Assembly: GCA_048772705.1 (NCBI GenBank)
Contig: JBLWGC010000199.1
Coordinates: forward strand, 1 to 15,342
DNA from: Leidyana gryllorum EB-2025a
Lineage: Eukaryota; Protista; Apicomplexa
Reading direction: 5' to 3'
Length of the DNA stretch: 15,342 nucleotides
Part shown: in pieces, positions 8,401 to 14,819 of the stretch
How positions within the stretch are numbered: position 1 is the stretch's first letter
Layout of the letters: each line of letters opens with the position of its first letter
Position numbers and translations under genes: made by a program
Notes under the pieces: model-generated
Database searches by the model: none
What the model saw: only the letters and a program-made list of their open reading frames with translations
What the model was told of the DNA's origin: nothing

Positions 8401-8831
8401 TGGTACTCTTGAGCACCAGGGATTTAACACACGCCCCGGCCAACAAGCTCTCCCTACCATACTGCGGCCCATTCAGAGTACTCAGAGACATGGGGAACAA
8501 CACTTACCTCTTAGACGTACCACAGTCCTGGGGGATCTTCCCCAAATTCCACAGTAGCCGATTAGAACCCTACCACAGAACGGCGGAGAACGAAGGGCTA
8601 ACTCCTGAAACGCCCCAGCTGTACATAATGGAATCCATTGTGGGATGGAGACCCAGCGACAACGGCATCGAATACCTGGTGACTTGGGCCGGTTACCCAG
8701 ACAAGACATGGGAACCAGCCAAAACAGTCCTAGACGCAGAAGGAGCAGACCTCATCGAAGCATTTAGAGCAAAGTGGAACTCACAGAACCCGCGAAACCC
8801 ATTTTTGCAGGAAGGAGGGGGAGGAGTGTAG
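5172..8831 (+). CDS. pol: Pol polyprotein (aspartic protease, RT, RNase H, integrase, chromodomain), probably made as a Gag-Pol fusion from ~5370
   Basis: LIDTGAS (5511), YLDD (6489-6500), NTDAS/ERELMA/TDHKPL/ADLLSR, HHCC, MDF...SDRDPRF...GLTER, GPF, YLVTWAGY...TWEP; uninterrupted. Confidence 0.97.
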   Translation: MPIYQRGMRSRTQMLQLWSAGPHGMEVPRKKMATRTYEEKTPKRTTYRCKQDAQSFHGPHARRPRGFSDIPGPRGNRYPAGDQPNRLMPTVTIQWRIENPIQTKLNHNACVLIDTGASIACIHAQIAQQLRLERTGEKVTLQGVEGKIECGTTHVRLTTPRGQKVTMKAAIVEELPYDLILPTWAIHELRLCIAVGNDKRICVLEGVVIPLKGDIPTEQWTKGTHRVACTTETSSQLRPITSPIDIPDEHLAILTQFPAVLAQTPPMPPSRPGIDHRIELKDPTVTPFVRQPYRIAQKYMTELRTQITELTKLGKIRLSTSEWASPCLFVPKKDTAVPRLVCDYRRLNEATRKMASPIPSLEDALQCLAGAQWFSTLDLKAGYHQIRMHEDSIPLTAFATPWGLYEWLVMPNGLTNAPATFMVLMNHLLHDLIGQCAFVYLDDVLVYSRTEEDHRRDLATIVERIHQAQLVLHTRKSHFFKRKVDFLGHVISAEGITPRMDKVAALQAIEFPHTLKQMQSVLGAFNYYRRFINRFATTAAPLYAATHGLKKPGDKIVKTEAAAKALQQLKDDLANTIQLRFPTPDSDELIINTDASLTAIGAVLQQETLEGIQPIEFLSKTLTKTQQRYPTHERELMAIITACRHWRYLLIGRKTIIRTDHKPLTHLMTQNHLSDRQVRWLATLAELDIQIEYISGTQNIIADLLSRPRKNKDTNEKGECLTAQITHEAESGDSAQPTDTSEQQTRASLEELILEKWRGRETEAGQFGQVEWIHGLPVTPEGTIEIPADRELIRKIIYDSHDSALAGHLAADKTMGRVRALFAWKGMSADIIEYCRCCDVCQRAKRRSHKPYGLLHPVSNPTLPWVEVGMDFLDLPRDEDTGQDYLLVVIDRLSRRIRLIPCQKTITAEESAALFLNNIAKIHGIPRKVISDRDPRFTSKFWTSLMNSLGINLAMSSSRHPQTNGLTERTNRSTLQILRCALQGHANQWTRHIASTEMAYNAAIQSSTGMTPLEVDTGRTTFLPSNLADICSHRSTMGQLYTQKLQEAFDRLKAATDRQKANADKHRRDVTFEENQLVLLSTRDLTHAPANKLSLPYCGPFRVLRDMGNNTYLLDVPQSWGIFPKFHSSRLEPYHRTAENEGLTPETPQLYIMESIVGWRPSDNGIEYLVTWAGYPDKTWEPAKTVLDAEGADLIEAFRAKWNSQNPRNPFLQEGGGGV
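5367..5373 (+). promoter_or_regulatory. Candidate -1 ribosomal frameshift site G_GAT_TTT
   Basis: In gag phase, within the gag/pol overlap, upstream of the protease; pol is in the -1 frame; stem-loop potential at 5380-5414. Confidence 0.6.
8809..8826 (+). promoter_or_regulatory. Polypurine tract
   Basis: AGGAAGGAGGGGGAGGAG directly abutting the 3' LTR. Confidence 0.92.
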
Positions 8832-9020
8832 GCTGGAGGCCACACCCATAAGTCTGTGTCTCGGTGTCTCCAGTGCCGGCCGGCACCGGGTGAGGAGACA
8901 CGGAGACACACACACGAGCGGAGTCAGTGAACATTTTTAGTTACGTGGAACTACGAACAATGCACTTACGAAACCGCTGCCTAACAACAGACCCCGACGT
9001 AGATCTAAAGGAAACTTACA
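8827..9020 (+). repeat. 3' LTR (194 bp)
   Basis: Identical to 4143-4336. Confidence 0.97.
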
Positions 9021-9025
9021 CTCGC

Positions 9026-9079
9026 CCCCTCAACTGCAAGATTAAGAGTCTTGCGCTCTACCGACTGATCTAGGGTGGC
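9026..9079 (-). pseudogene. tRNA-Lys(CTT) pseudogene, 5' part
   Basis: ACTGCAAGATTAAGAGTCTTGCGCTCTACCGACTGA matches 11583-11618. Confidence 0.9.
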
Positions 9080-9155
9080 AGGAATGCAAGGACACAAAAC
9101 CCGATAGCCCGACATCTTAAGTGGCTTTGGTACCCACCAGCCTCACTGGAAGATT

Positions 9156-9227
9156 GTCCGGGTCGTCTAGTTGCTTACAACAGCAAGTTGTGGCCGTGCA
9201 TACCCAGGCCCGAATCCTGGCTTGGAT
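9156..9227 (+). pseudogene. tRNA-His(GTG) pseudogene
   Basis: GTCCGGG...TT GTG GC CGTGC...CCAGGCCCGAATCCTGG CTTGGA; T-loop and D arm damaged. Confidence 0.7.
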
Positions 9228-9341
9228 AGTATGTCCCCGAATGGGAGATGTGGGTGAAGTCTGTCCACACCCACCATCGGGCGTAGCTGCCCATGTCCTG
9301 TCTTGATCGCTACACACTCCCATTTGACGGCTCCGTTAGTC

Positions 9342-9414
9342 GGCGCTATGGCCTAATAGATATGGCATCGGTCTACGGAACCGGGGATTCTGGGTTCGAG
9401 TCCCAGTAGCGTCT
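9342..9414 (+). tRNA. tRNA-Arg(ACG)
   Basis: GGCGCTA/TAGCGTC; TCGGT CT ACG GA ACCGG; GGTTCGAGTCC; D-loop G>A. Confidence 0.85.
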
Positions 9415-9516
9415 GGGCGGATGGCCGGGTTGCAGCCTGTTGAGTCAACAACTCAGATCCTGCCCTTAGCTGTCCGGGATGGGTCGAGTGCCGTGTTGCG
9501 TCAACAACTATCAGAC

Positions 9517-9588
9517 GGGCTGTTCTGGGAATCGAATCCAGGACTCCTTCCACCCTGAGGAGGGATCATAGCACTAGACCAAACAGCC
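9517..9588 (-). pseudogene. tRNA-Pro(AGG), degenerate
   Basis: Revcomp loop TC AGG GT; G53>A and D-loop substitutions. Confidence 0.75.
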
Positions 9589-9676
9589 CATCGGTCGGTG
9601 GTGCAAATGGCTGGTACAGTGGGGAGACTGGTTATAATATGTCAAGAACCACTAAATGCTATGGGGTCTGCACAGC

Positions 9677-9749
9677 GGGCGACTAGCTGGAATGATATAG
9701 CACTCGCTCAGCATGCGAGAGATACTGGGATGGATGCCCAGGTCGTCCA
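9677..9749 (+). pseudogene. tRNA-Ala(AGC) pseudogene
   Basis: Degenerate copy of 215-287. Confidence 0.75.
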
Positions 9750-9825
9750 AACTTCTAACGGCTACACCTGCGGTATTTGAAAACAGAGTCACGACCGAAT
9801 GGAGTTGATGCCCGATCACATAACA

Positions 9826-9907
9826 CGACAACTGCTGGATTCGAACCAGCGCGGGCCAGACCCAGTAGATTTCAAGTCTACCCCCTTAACCACTCGGGGA
9901 AGTTGCC
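9826..9907 (-). tRNA. tRNA-Ser(TGA)
   Basis: Revcomp GTAGA CT TGA AA TCTAC; long variable arm; GGTTCGAATCC. Confidence 0.9.
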
Positions 9908-10121
9908 AACTGTCGAATTCGACATGCCGCGAGGAGTGACCAAATACCCCTATGTTCAGCCTGTCCTGCGGCATTGATAGGTGTCTAAACTGACCTCTCG
10001 CGTGCAAAGTCACCGCTCTTCCACTTGAGATAGCCGCCCACCCGCCAAACCTAGGTGAACTTCCCACGATCGACTCACAGTTCCCTGGCGCCTCATTCGT
10101 CAGTGCAACTGTTGTGACTCG

Positions 10122-10194
10122 TCCACTGTAGTCTAAGTGGCTAGGATATGCGGCTTTCACCCGCACGATCCGGGTTCAAGTCCCGGCAGTGGAA
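10122..10194 (+). tRNA. tRNA-Glu(TTC)
   Basis: Identical to 3991-4063 except position 34. Confidence 0.95.
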
Positions 10195-10270
10195 GTCATT
10201 AGAGTACTCGATCAAAGTGCTTTAATAGCTTGTGTCAATAGGAACTGATGGGTGACTCCCGGCTTGCATT

Positions 10271-10339
10271 GCCTTCTTAGCTTAGGGGCAGAACATTCGC
10301 TTAAGCGAAAGGTCGCCGGTTCGATTCCGGCAGAAGGCT
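10271..10339 (+). pseudogene. tRNA-Thr with the anticodon triplet deleted
   Basis: 69 nt; TTCGC TT---AA GCGAA versus TT CGT AA at 14580-14651; acceptor and T arms perfect. Confidence 0.85.
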
Positions 10340-10456
10340 TTGCTCACAAGCTTAAGCTTTTCGGGCTGGTCTCTCGGTCTCGATAACGACCTGAGGGGGT
10401 TGCAAAATTCTCAGGCCTTTTCTGCCCCCATTCGTCAGTGCAACTTTGGTGACTTG

Positions 10457-10529
10457 TCCACTATAGTCTCGTTGGATAGTATATGCGGCGCCAACCCGCA
10501 CCATCCCGGTTCGAGTCTCGGCAGCGCAA
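10457..10529 (+). pseudogene. tRNA-Glu pseudogene
   Basis: Heavily substituted copy of 3991 with the same flanks. Confidence 0.7.
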
Positions 10530-10590
10530 ATGCAGCTGGGTGTGCTTGTAGGCAACATACTGCATTCTTACTCCCCGGCCCACTCGTCCG

Positions 10591-10663
10591 CACCGCCCAC
10601 GGGACTTCACTTTGCGACTGCAAGATTAAGAGGCTCGCGCTCCACCGACTGAGCTAGGACGAC
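10591..10663 (-). pseudogene. tRNA-Lys(CTT) pseudogene
   Basis: Degenerate copy of 11557-11629; T arm destroyed. Confidence 0.7.
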
Positions 10664-10957
10664 AAGGAAACTCTAAACTAAGTTACACTCTATTTGCCTC
10701 AGGGTGGAGTCATGCAAGTCATTGGGCAGGTCGACCGGAGTCCTTAATATTTTCGCGCGTCACGCGGAAGACCTGGGTCGAGCTCGTTCCGCTTTAGACT
10801 TCTTTTGGTGCTCACTCAAAAGGTGCGGTTCGGGAGCAAACCTCGATGTCCAAGGGTCACACGACAGGCGTTCGCTCACTTGGTACAGCATCTGACTGCG
10901 GCGGGTGCGGCAGGTAGTCGACCGTTCCATTCCCCTCGCCCGACACTTGCCTCCTTA

Positions 10958-11038
10958 TGCGAGAAGTGGGGTTCGAACCCACGCGGAATTAACCAGTGGA
11001 TCTTAAGGCCACCCCCTTAACCTCTCGGGCATTCTCGA
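10958..11038 (-). tRNA. tRNA-Leu(TAA), slightly degenerate
   Basis: Revcomp TGCCCGAGAGGTTAAGGGG GTGGC CT TAA GA TCCAC...GCGTGGGTTCGAACCCCAC. Confidence 0.8.
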
Positions 11039-11298
11039 AATGGAGCGTCTAGACAAGTAGTCTGGGGTTTCTGCGGGTAGTCAGTGCCCTTTCAAGGCGC
11101 GAGAAAGATACTCACGACCATGTGAGTGGCGTCTGAGAAATAGCGCCTTACCCACTAGGGCATCTTGCCACATACTGGTAGGCGCAAGTCTGCATGGTGC
11201 GGGTCCCATTCTGCGCAACGGTACTCATTTCAGGACGGAATTAGCCATCACTTCGAGTTTACGGCTGTACGTAGCCAGTTGTATCCCCCTTCCCATTC

Positions 11299-11366
11299 GG
11301 CTGTTTGGTCTAGTGGTATGATTCCACGGGTGGAAGAAGTCCTGGGTTCGATTCTCAGAACAGCCC
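11299..11366 (+). pseudogene. tRNA-Pro(CGG) with ~4-nt deletion in the anticodon arm
   Basis: GGCTGTTTGGTCTAGTGGTATGA TTCCAC GG GTGGAA GAAGTCCTGGGTTCGATT. Confidence 0.75.
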
Positions 11367-11423
11367 CGTTGGTTCAGGTCAAGAGGGTACGGCTCTCGGC
11401 TAAAGCTGCAGCTAAGGGAGTTG

Positions 11424-11496
11424 TCCACTGTAGTCTAAGTGGCTAAGATATGCGGCTCTCACCCGCACGATCGGGGTTCAAGTCCCGGCAGTGGAA
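11424..11496 (+). tRNA. tRNA-Glu(CTC)
   Basis: Copy of 3991 with two substitutions. Confidence 0.85.
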
Positions 11497-11556
11497 ATCC
11501 AGCTGAGTGTGCTTGCAGGCAACAGTTCCATTCTTACTTCCAGGGATATAGATCCA

Positions 11557-11629
11557 CACCGCCCGCGGGGCTCGAACCCGCGACTGCAAGATTAAGAGTC
11601 TTGCGCTCTACCGACTGAGCTAGGGCGGC
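11557..11629 (-). tRNA. tRNA-Lys(CTT)
   Basis: Revcomp GCCGCCCTAGCTCAGTCGGTAGAGCG CAAGA CT CTT AA TCTTG CAGTCGCGGGTTCGAGCCCCGCGGGCGGTG. Confidence 0.95.
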
Positions 11630-11963
11630 AGGAATGCAAGGACAAAAAACCCGATAGCCCGACATCTTAAGTGGCTCCGCTCTCAGAGCTGGTACCCACA
11701 GGTCGTTCGCGTGGCAGGCGGGACTACTCTTTGATACTGTTGTAGTTCGTATTTGTCGATAATCAACTTCCTATCGGGTTGCCAAATTCGACTTGGTGAA
11801 ATTTCCAATCGAATTAACATCCATCTGGATACTTCCCTACATATTTGGCACTTATATAGGGGCATGTATAAGATGGTGAAAAGGCATTATTAACGAACGT
11901 AAAGCAACTACTACTGAAGCGTAAAGGCTAATGCACCCTAGTGGTCTAAACTCTCTGTGACAG

Positions 11964-12335
11964 TGTAACTGTGCAGACACTCGCATGAATGATCAGAGTG
12001 TGGTGTCGGGGAGAACTACCGTGTGTGTCCGGCGCGAGGCTCCGCAAGAGTGCGAGCGACTGGCACATGGGTGGAGTGAGAGAGACACCAGAGTGAGAGA
12101 CACACGCGAGCAAAGTTGGCTAAGTCAGAGTTGGACTAGGCAAGAGGCGGCCTAAGATAACTTTTGCACTTGGTACAACAAGTCGTAGTTCTTGTTTTGC
12201 GCGGCCGTGTGCGACATATTCGTGGTAGACTTGTCGGCAAAAATACTAACTGGGTTCTAAGTCTGACTTGTGGTCGAAAGTATGCAGAGATGAGAACTGG
12301 GCCTCGTTCCCCTCGAGTAGCGACTTGGGGTTACA
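11964..12335. mobile_element. Solo LTR of a second LTR-retrotransposon family (372 bp)
   Basis: TGTAAC...GTTACA termini; ACAG direct repeat at 11960-11963 and 12336-12339; GAGACAC..GAGACACACGCGAGC motif like the 194-bp LTR; no tRNA sequence inside. Confidence 0.75.
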
Positions 12336-12445
12336 ACAGATACCATGTCGGAGGCGCGTGACCCCCAACCTTAGAGCCCAGCCTTTCCATTCTCTAGCTT
12401 CAAACAGACAGGGAACAATTGAAGTGGCGGGACAGAAACCGAGCT

Positions 12446-12524
12446 GGTAAGATGGCTGAGGGGTCTAAGGCGCTGTATGCAAGTCGCACTCCGAGAGGAC
12501 GTGGGTCCAATCCCACTCTTTTCA
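12446..12524 (+). pseudogene. tRNA-Leu(CAA) pseudogene
   Basis: GGTCTAAGGCGCTGTA TG CAA GT; T-loop damaged. Confidence 0.7.
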
Positions 12525-12560
12525 GGTTGCGCCTCACACGGGAAAAAGAAAGGGTCTGAT

Positions 12561-12626
12561 TGAGCCCAGAGTGATTCGAAAACCCAACCTTCTGATCTGG
12601 AGTCAGACGCGTTGCGCCATCGGCCC
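12561..12626 (-). pseudogene. tRNA-Trp(CCA) with D-arm deletion
   Basis: Revcomp TCTGA CT CCA GA TCAGA AGGTT...TTCGAATC; ~6 nt missing from the D arm. Confidence 0.8.
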
Positions 12627-12680
12627 AAGACCATCCCCGCTCCAGACTCATTACTTTGTGGTGAGCGATGGACGTGTCAG

Positions 12681-12751
12681 GCATCTGTGGTCTAGTGGTA
12701 GAATGTCTCGTTGCTATCGAGACGACCCGGGTTCGATTCCCGGCAGATGCA
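12681..12751 (+). tRNA. tRNA-Gly body with GCT (Ser) anticodon
   Basis: Identical to 3281-3351 except C36>T. Confidence 0.85.
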
Positions 12752-12832
12752 GAGGAGATAATCCATGGTTGGTTTTGCCACATTCCAGGGTTTCACGGGT
12801 CAGTTGGTGTCTGACCCTTCAATCACATCGCA

Positions 12833-12914
12833 CGACAACTGCTGGATTTGAACCAGCGCGGGCCAGGCCCAGTAGATTTCTAGTCTACGCCCTTAACCAC
12901 TCGGGCAAGTTGCC
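12833..12914 (-). tRNA. tRNA-Ser(AGA)
   Basis: Revcomp GTAGA CT AGA AA TCTAC; fully paired. Confidence 0.92.
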
Positions 12915-12979
12915 GCTGTCGAACTTGGCATTTTGCGGCCAGTGGCTTCACATACGATTCAGCGAGCTTGTACTAGGAC

Positions 12980-13049
12980 TGCTGGCGCCGCCCGAACCCG
13001 CGGTTCTCCCTTCAAAAGTCTTGCGCTCTACCGAAGGAGTTGGGGCGGC
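12980..13049 (-). pseudogene. tRNA-Lys(TTT)-like remnant
   Basis: Revcomp CGGTAGAGCGCAAGACTTTT...GCGGGTTCG. Confidence 0.55.
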
Positions 13050-13184
13050 AAGGAAGCTCGCCCCGTACCCGAGGAAGGCACAGGATTCCACGATCAATAC
13101 AAATGGAATTGGTTACTAAGTCCGAATTTGTATCAGAGATCCACTCACTTGGTCACGCCGACATACCAGACTCACTTGAAGATT

Positions 13185-13255
13185 GTCCGGGTCGTCTAGT
13201 GCTTACAACAGCAAGTTGTGGCCGTGCATACCCAGGCACGAATCCTGGCTTGGAT
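13185..13255 (+). pseudogene. tRNA-His(GTG) pseudogene
   Basis: Near-identical to 9156-9227, sharing most of its lesions. Confidence 0.7.
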
Positions 13256-13377
13256 AGTATGTCCACCGATGTCTCGAATGGGAGATGTAGGTGAAGTTGT
13301 CCAAACCCACCATCGGGCGTAGCTGCCCATGTCCTGTCTTGATCGCTACACACTTCCATTTGACGGCTCCGCAAGTC

Positions 13378-13449
13378 GGCGCTATGGCCTAATGGATATG
13401 GCATCGGTCTACGGAACGGGGATTCTGGGTTCGAGTCCCAGTAGCGTCT
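13378..13449 (+). tRNA. tRNA-Arg(ACG), 1-nt deletion in the anticodon stem
   Basis: Paralog of 9342-9414. Confidence 0.75.
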
Positions 13450-13550
13450 GGGCGAATGGCCGGGTTGCAGCCTGTTGAGTCAACAACTCATATCCTGTCT
13501 TAGCTGTCCGGGATGGGTCGAGTGCCGTGTTGGGTCAACAACTATCAGAC

Positions 13551-13622
13551 GGGCTGTTCTGGGAATCCAACCCAGGACTCCTTCCACCCTAAGGAAGGAT
13601 CATACCACTAGACCAAACAGCC
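13551..13622 (-). tRNA. tRNA-Pro(AGG), C56>G
   Basis: Revcomp CTTCC TT AGG GT GGAAG; T-loop TTGGATT. Confidence 0.8.
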
Positions 13623-13674
13623 GCCTAGCCGGTGGTTCAACCCGCTGGGTACAGTCGAGAGACTCGTGCACAGA

Positions 13675-13746
13675 GGGAGGCTATCCCAGATGATGAAACG
13701 GTGCTTAGTATATGAAAGGTTCTGGGATCGAGTCTCAGCCCATCCG
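13675..13746 (+). pseudogene. tRNA-Ala-like remnant
   Basis: In the Ala position after Pro and GCACAG; GCTTAGTAT...AGGTTCTGGGATCGA. Confidence 0.5.
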
Positions 13747-13849
13747 AACTACATAGATGGAACCCTCGCCGGAGTAGTCTAGTTGGCCTATCAACGCTGT
13801 CTGCCAAAACCATCAGGTTGAGTAGTACTTTGGCAATAACCACTCTACT

Positions 13850-13929
13850 TCCGGTGGGACGGAATCGAACCGCCGACTATCTGATGCCAGCACTACAGTC
13901 AGATGCTCTACCAACTGAGCTACCCCCGG
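13850..13929 (-). tRNA. tRNA-Tyr(GTA) with 7-nt intron (13886-13892)
   Basis: Revcomp C1:G72 acceptor; TCTGA CT GTA G [TGCTGGC] A TCAGA; GGTTCGATTCC; one acceptor mismatch. Confidence 0.9.
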
Positions 13930-14094
13930 CCGTCCAACTGCTCCGGGGTTCGAACGGCTCAACCTCAGACCCTCAACAGTGGCGCTTTCAAGCTCAGAAG
14001 TACGGCACGGATTTCGCGGTGGTCGAAGGTGCCAGACTCGAGTTCCGGTAAGACCGCACGACCTGCGGTGCACCGCCCCGACGTACTCTTACGG

Positions 14095-14173
14095 CCCGAG
14101 TTGCTTAGATGGCAACGCATCTGATTGTAGTGGTGGCATCAGATATTCGACAAGCAAATTCCGTCCCACCGGG
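14095..14173 (+). pseudogene. tRNA-Tyr(GTA) pseudogene, inverted copy with 7-nt intron
   Basis: TCTGA TT GTA G [TGGTGGC] A TCAGA...ATTCCGTCCCACCGG. Confidence 0.75.
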
Positions 14174-14321
14174 AGTTGAGGAGTGGACTTCTTACAACGT
14201 AGTTTGTCTGACGCTCCTGTTCCACTCCATCCTGATTCGCTACCTCTACAGCCTCTCTCAAAGATTGTCCGAGTCGCCTAGTGGTTAGGACAGCAGCCAT
14301 GGTCAAGTCTGTACGATCGGC

Positions 14322-14392
14322 TGCACCTGCAGGGACTCGAACCCGGACTGCGAGCATGGGAAGCTCGCATCCTACCCTTAGACCACAAGTGC
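14322..14392 (-). tRNA. tRNA-Gly(CCC)
   Basis: Revcomp CGAGC TT CCC AT GCTCG; one T-stem mismatch. Confidence 0.88.
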
Positions 14393-14579
14393 ACTTGAGA
14401 AAGAGCTTCGGCACCCCTAGACTCGGCCGCAGTCTGCGTTGAGCTAGTGGGTGGGCAGGTTCCAGTCTGCGACTTTGTGGCTAAGAGACTTACCCTCTGG
14501 TGGCTGAACTACGAGGCTCGGCTAAGATGATTGGAGCTTGAGAAGCTTAAGCTTTGCAGGTGCCCAGTCGATGCAGTCA

Positions 14580-14651
14580 AGCCTTCTGTCGGAATCGAAC
14601 CGGCGACTTCTCGATTACGAAGCGAACGCTCTGCCCCTAAGCTAAGAAGGC
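14580..14651 (-). tRNA. tRNA-Thr(CGT), slightly degenerate
   Basis: Revcomp GCCTTCT/AGAAGGC; TTCGC TT CGT AA TCGAG. Confidence 0.8.
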
Positions 14652-14739
14652 AATGCAAGCCGAAGATCACGAATCAGACACTATTGACGGAGATTGCTGG
14701 GCACTTTGCTCAAGTATTCCACTGACTTCAACCACTGCC

Positions 14740-14812
14740 TTCCACTGCCGGGACTTGAACCCGGATCGTGCGGGTGAGAGCCGCATATCCTAGCCACTTA
14801 CACTACAGTGGA
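14740..14812 (-). tRNA. tRNA-Glu(CTC)
   Basis: Revcomp equals 3991-4063 with one D-stem substitution. Confidence 0.9.
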
Positions 14813-14819
14813 CAACTTC

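Larger units (their letters stand above)
4143..9020 (+). mobile_element. Full-length Ty3/gypsy LTR retrotransposon (chromovirus-type), 4878 bp
   Basis: Two identical TG...CA LTRs; TSD CTCGC at 4138-4142 and 9021-9025; PBS; PPT; gag; pol order PR-RT-RH-IN-chromodomain. Confidence 0.98.
9140..9620 (+). repeat. Duplicated His-Arg-Pro block (copy at ~13170-13660)
   Basis: Near-identical genes and spacers. Confidence 0.9.

Noticed and set aside
4401-8911. Antisense and alternate-frame ORFs inside gag/pol; possible env
   Set aside because: Shadow ORFs without motifs; pol runs into the 3' LTR, leaving no room for env
3485-10194. Blocks 3485-4063 and 9517-10194 as outer LTRs of a larger element
   Set aside because: No TG...CA ends, TSD, PBS or PPT; they belong to the general block duplication pattern
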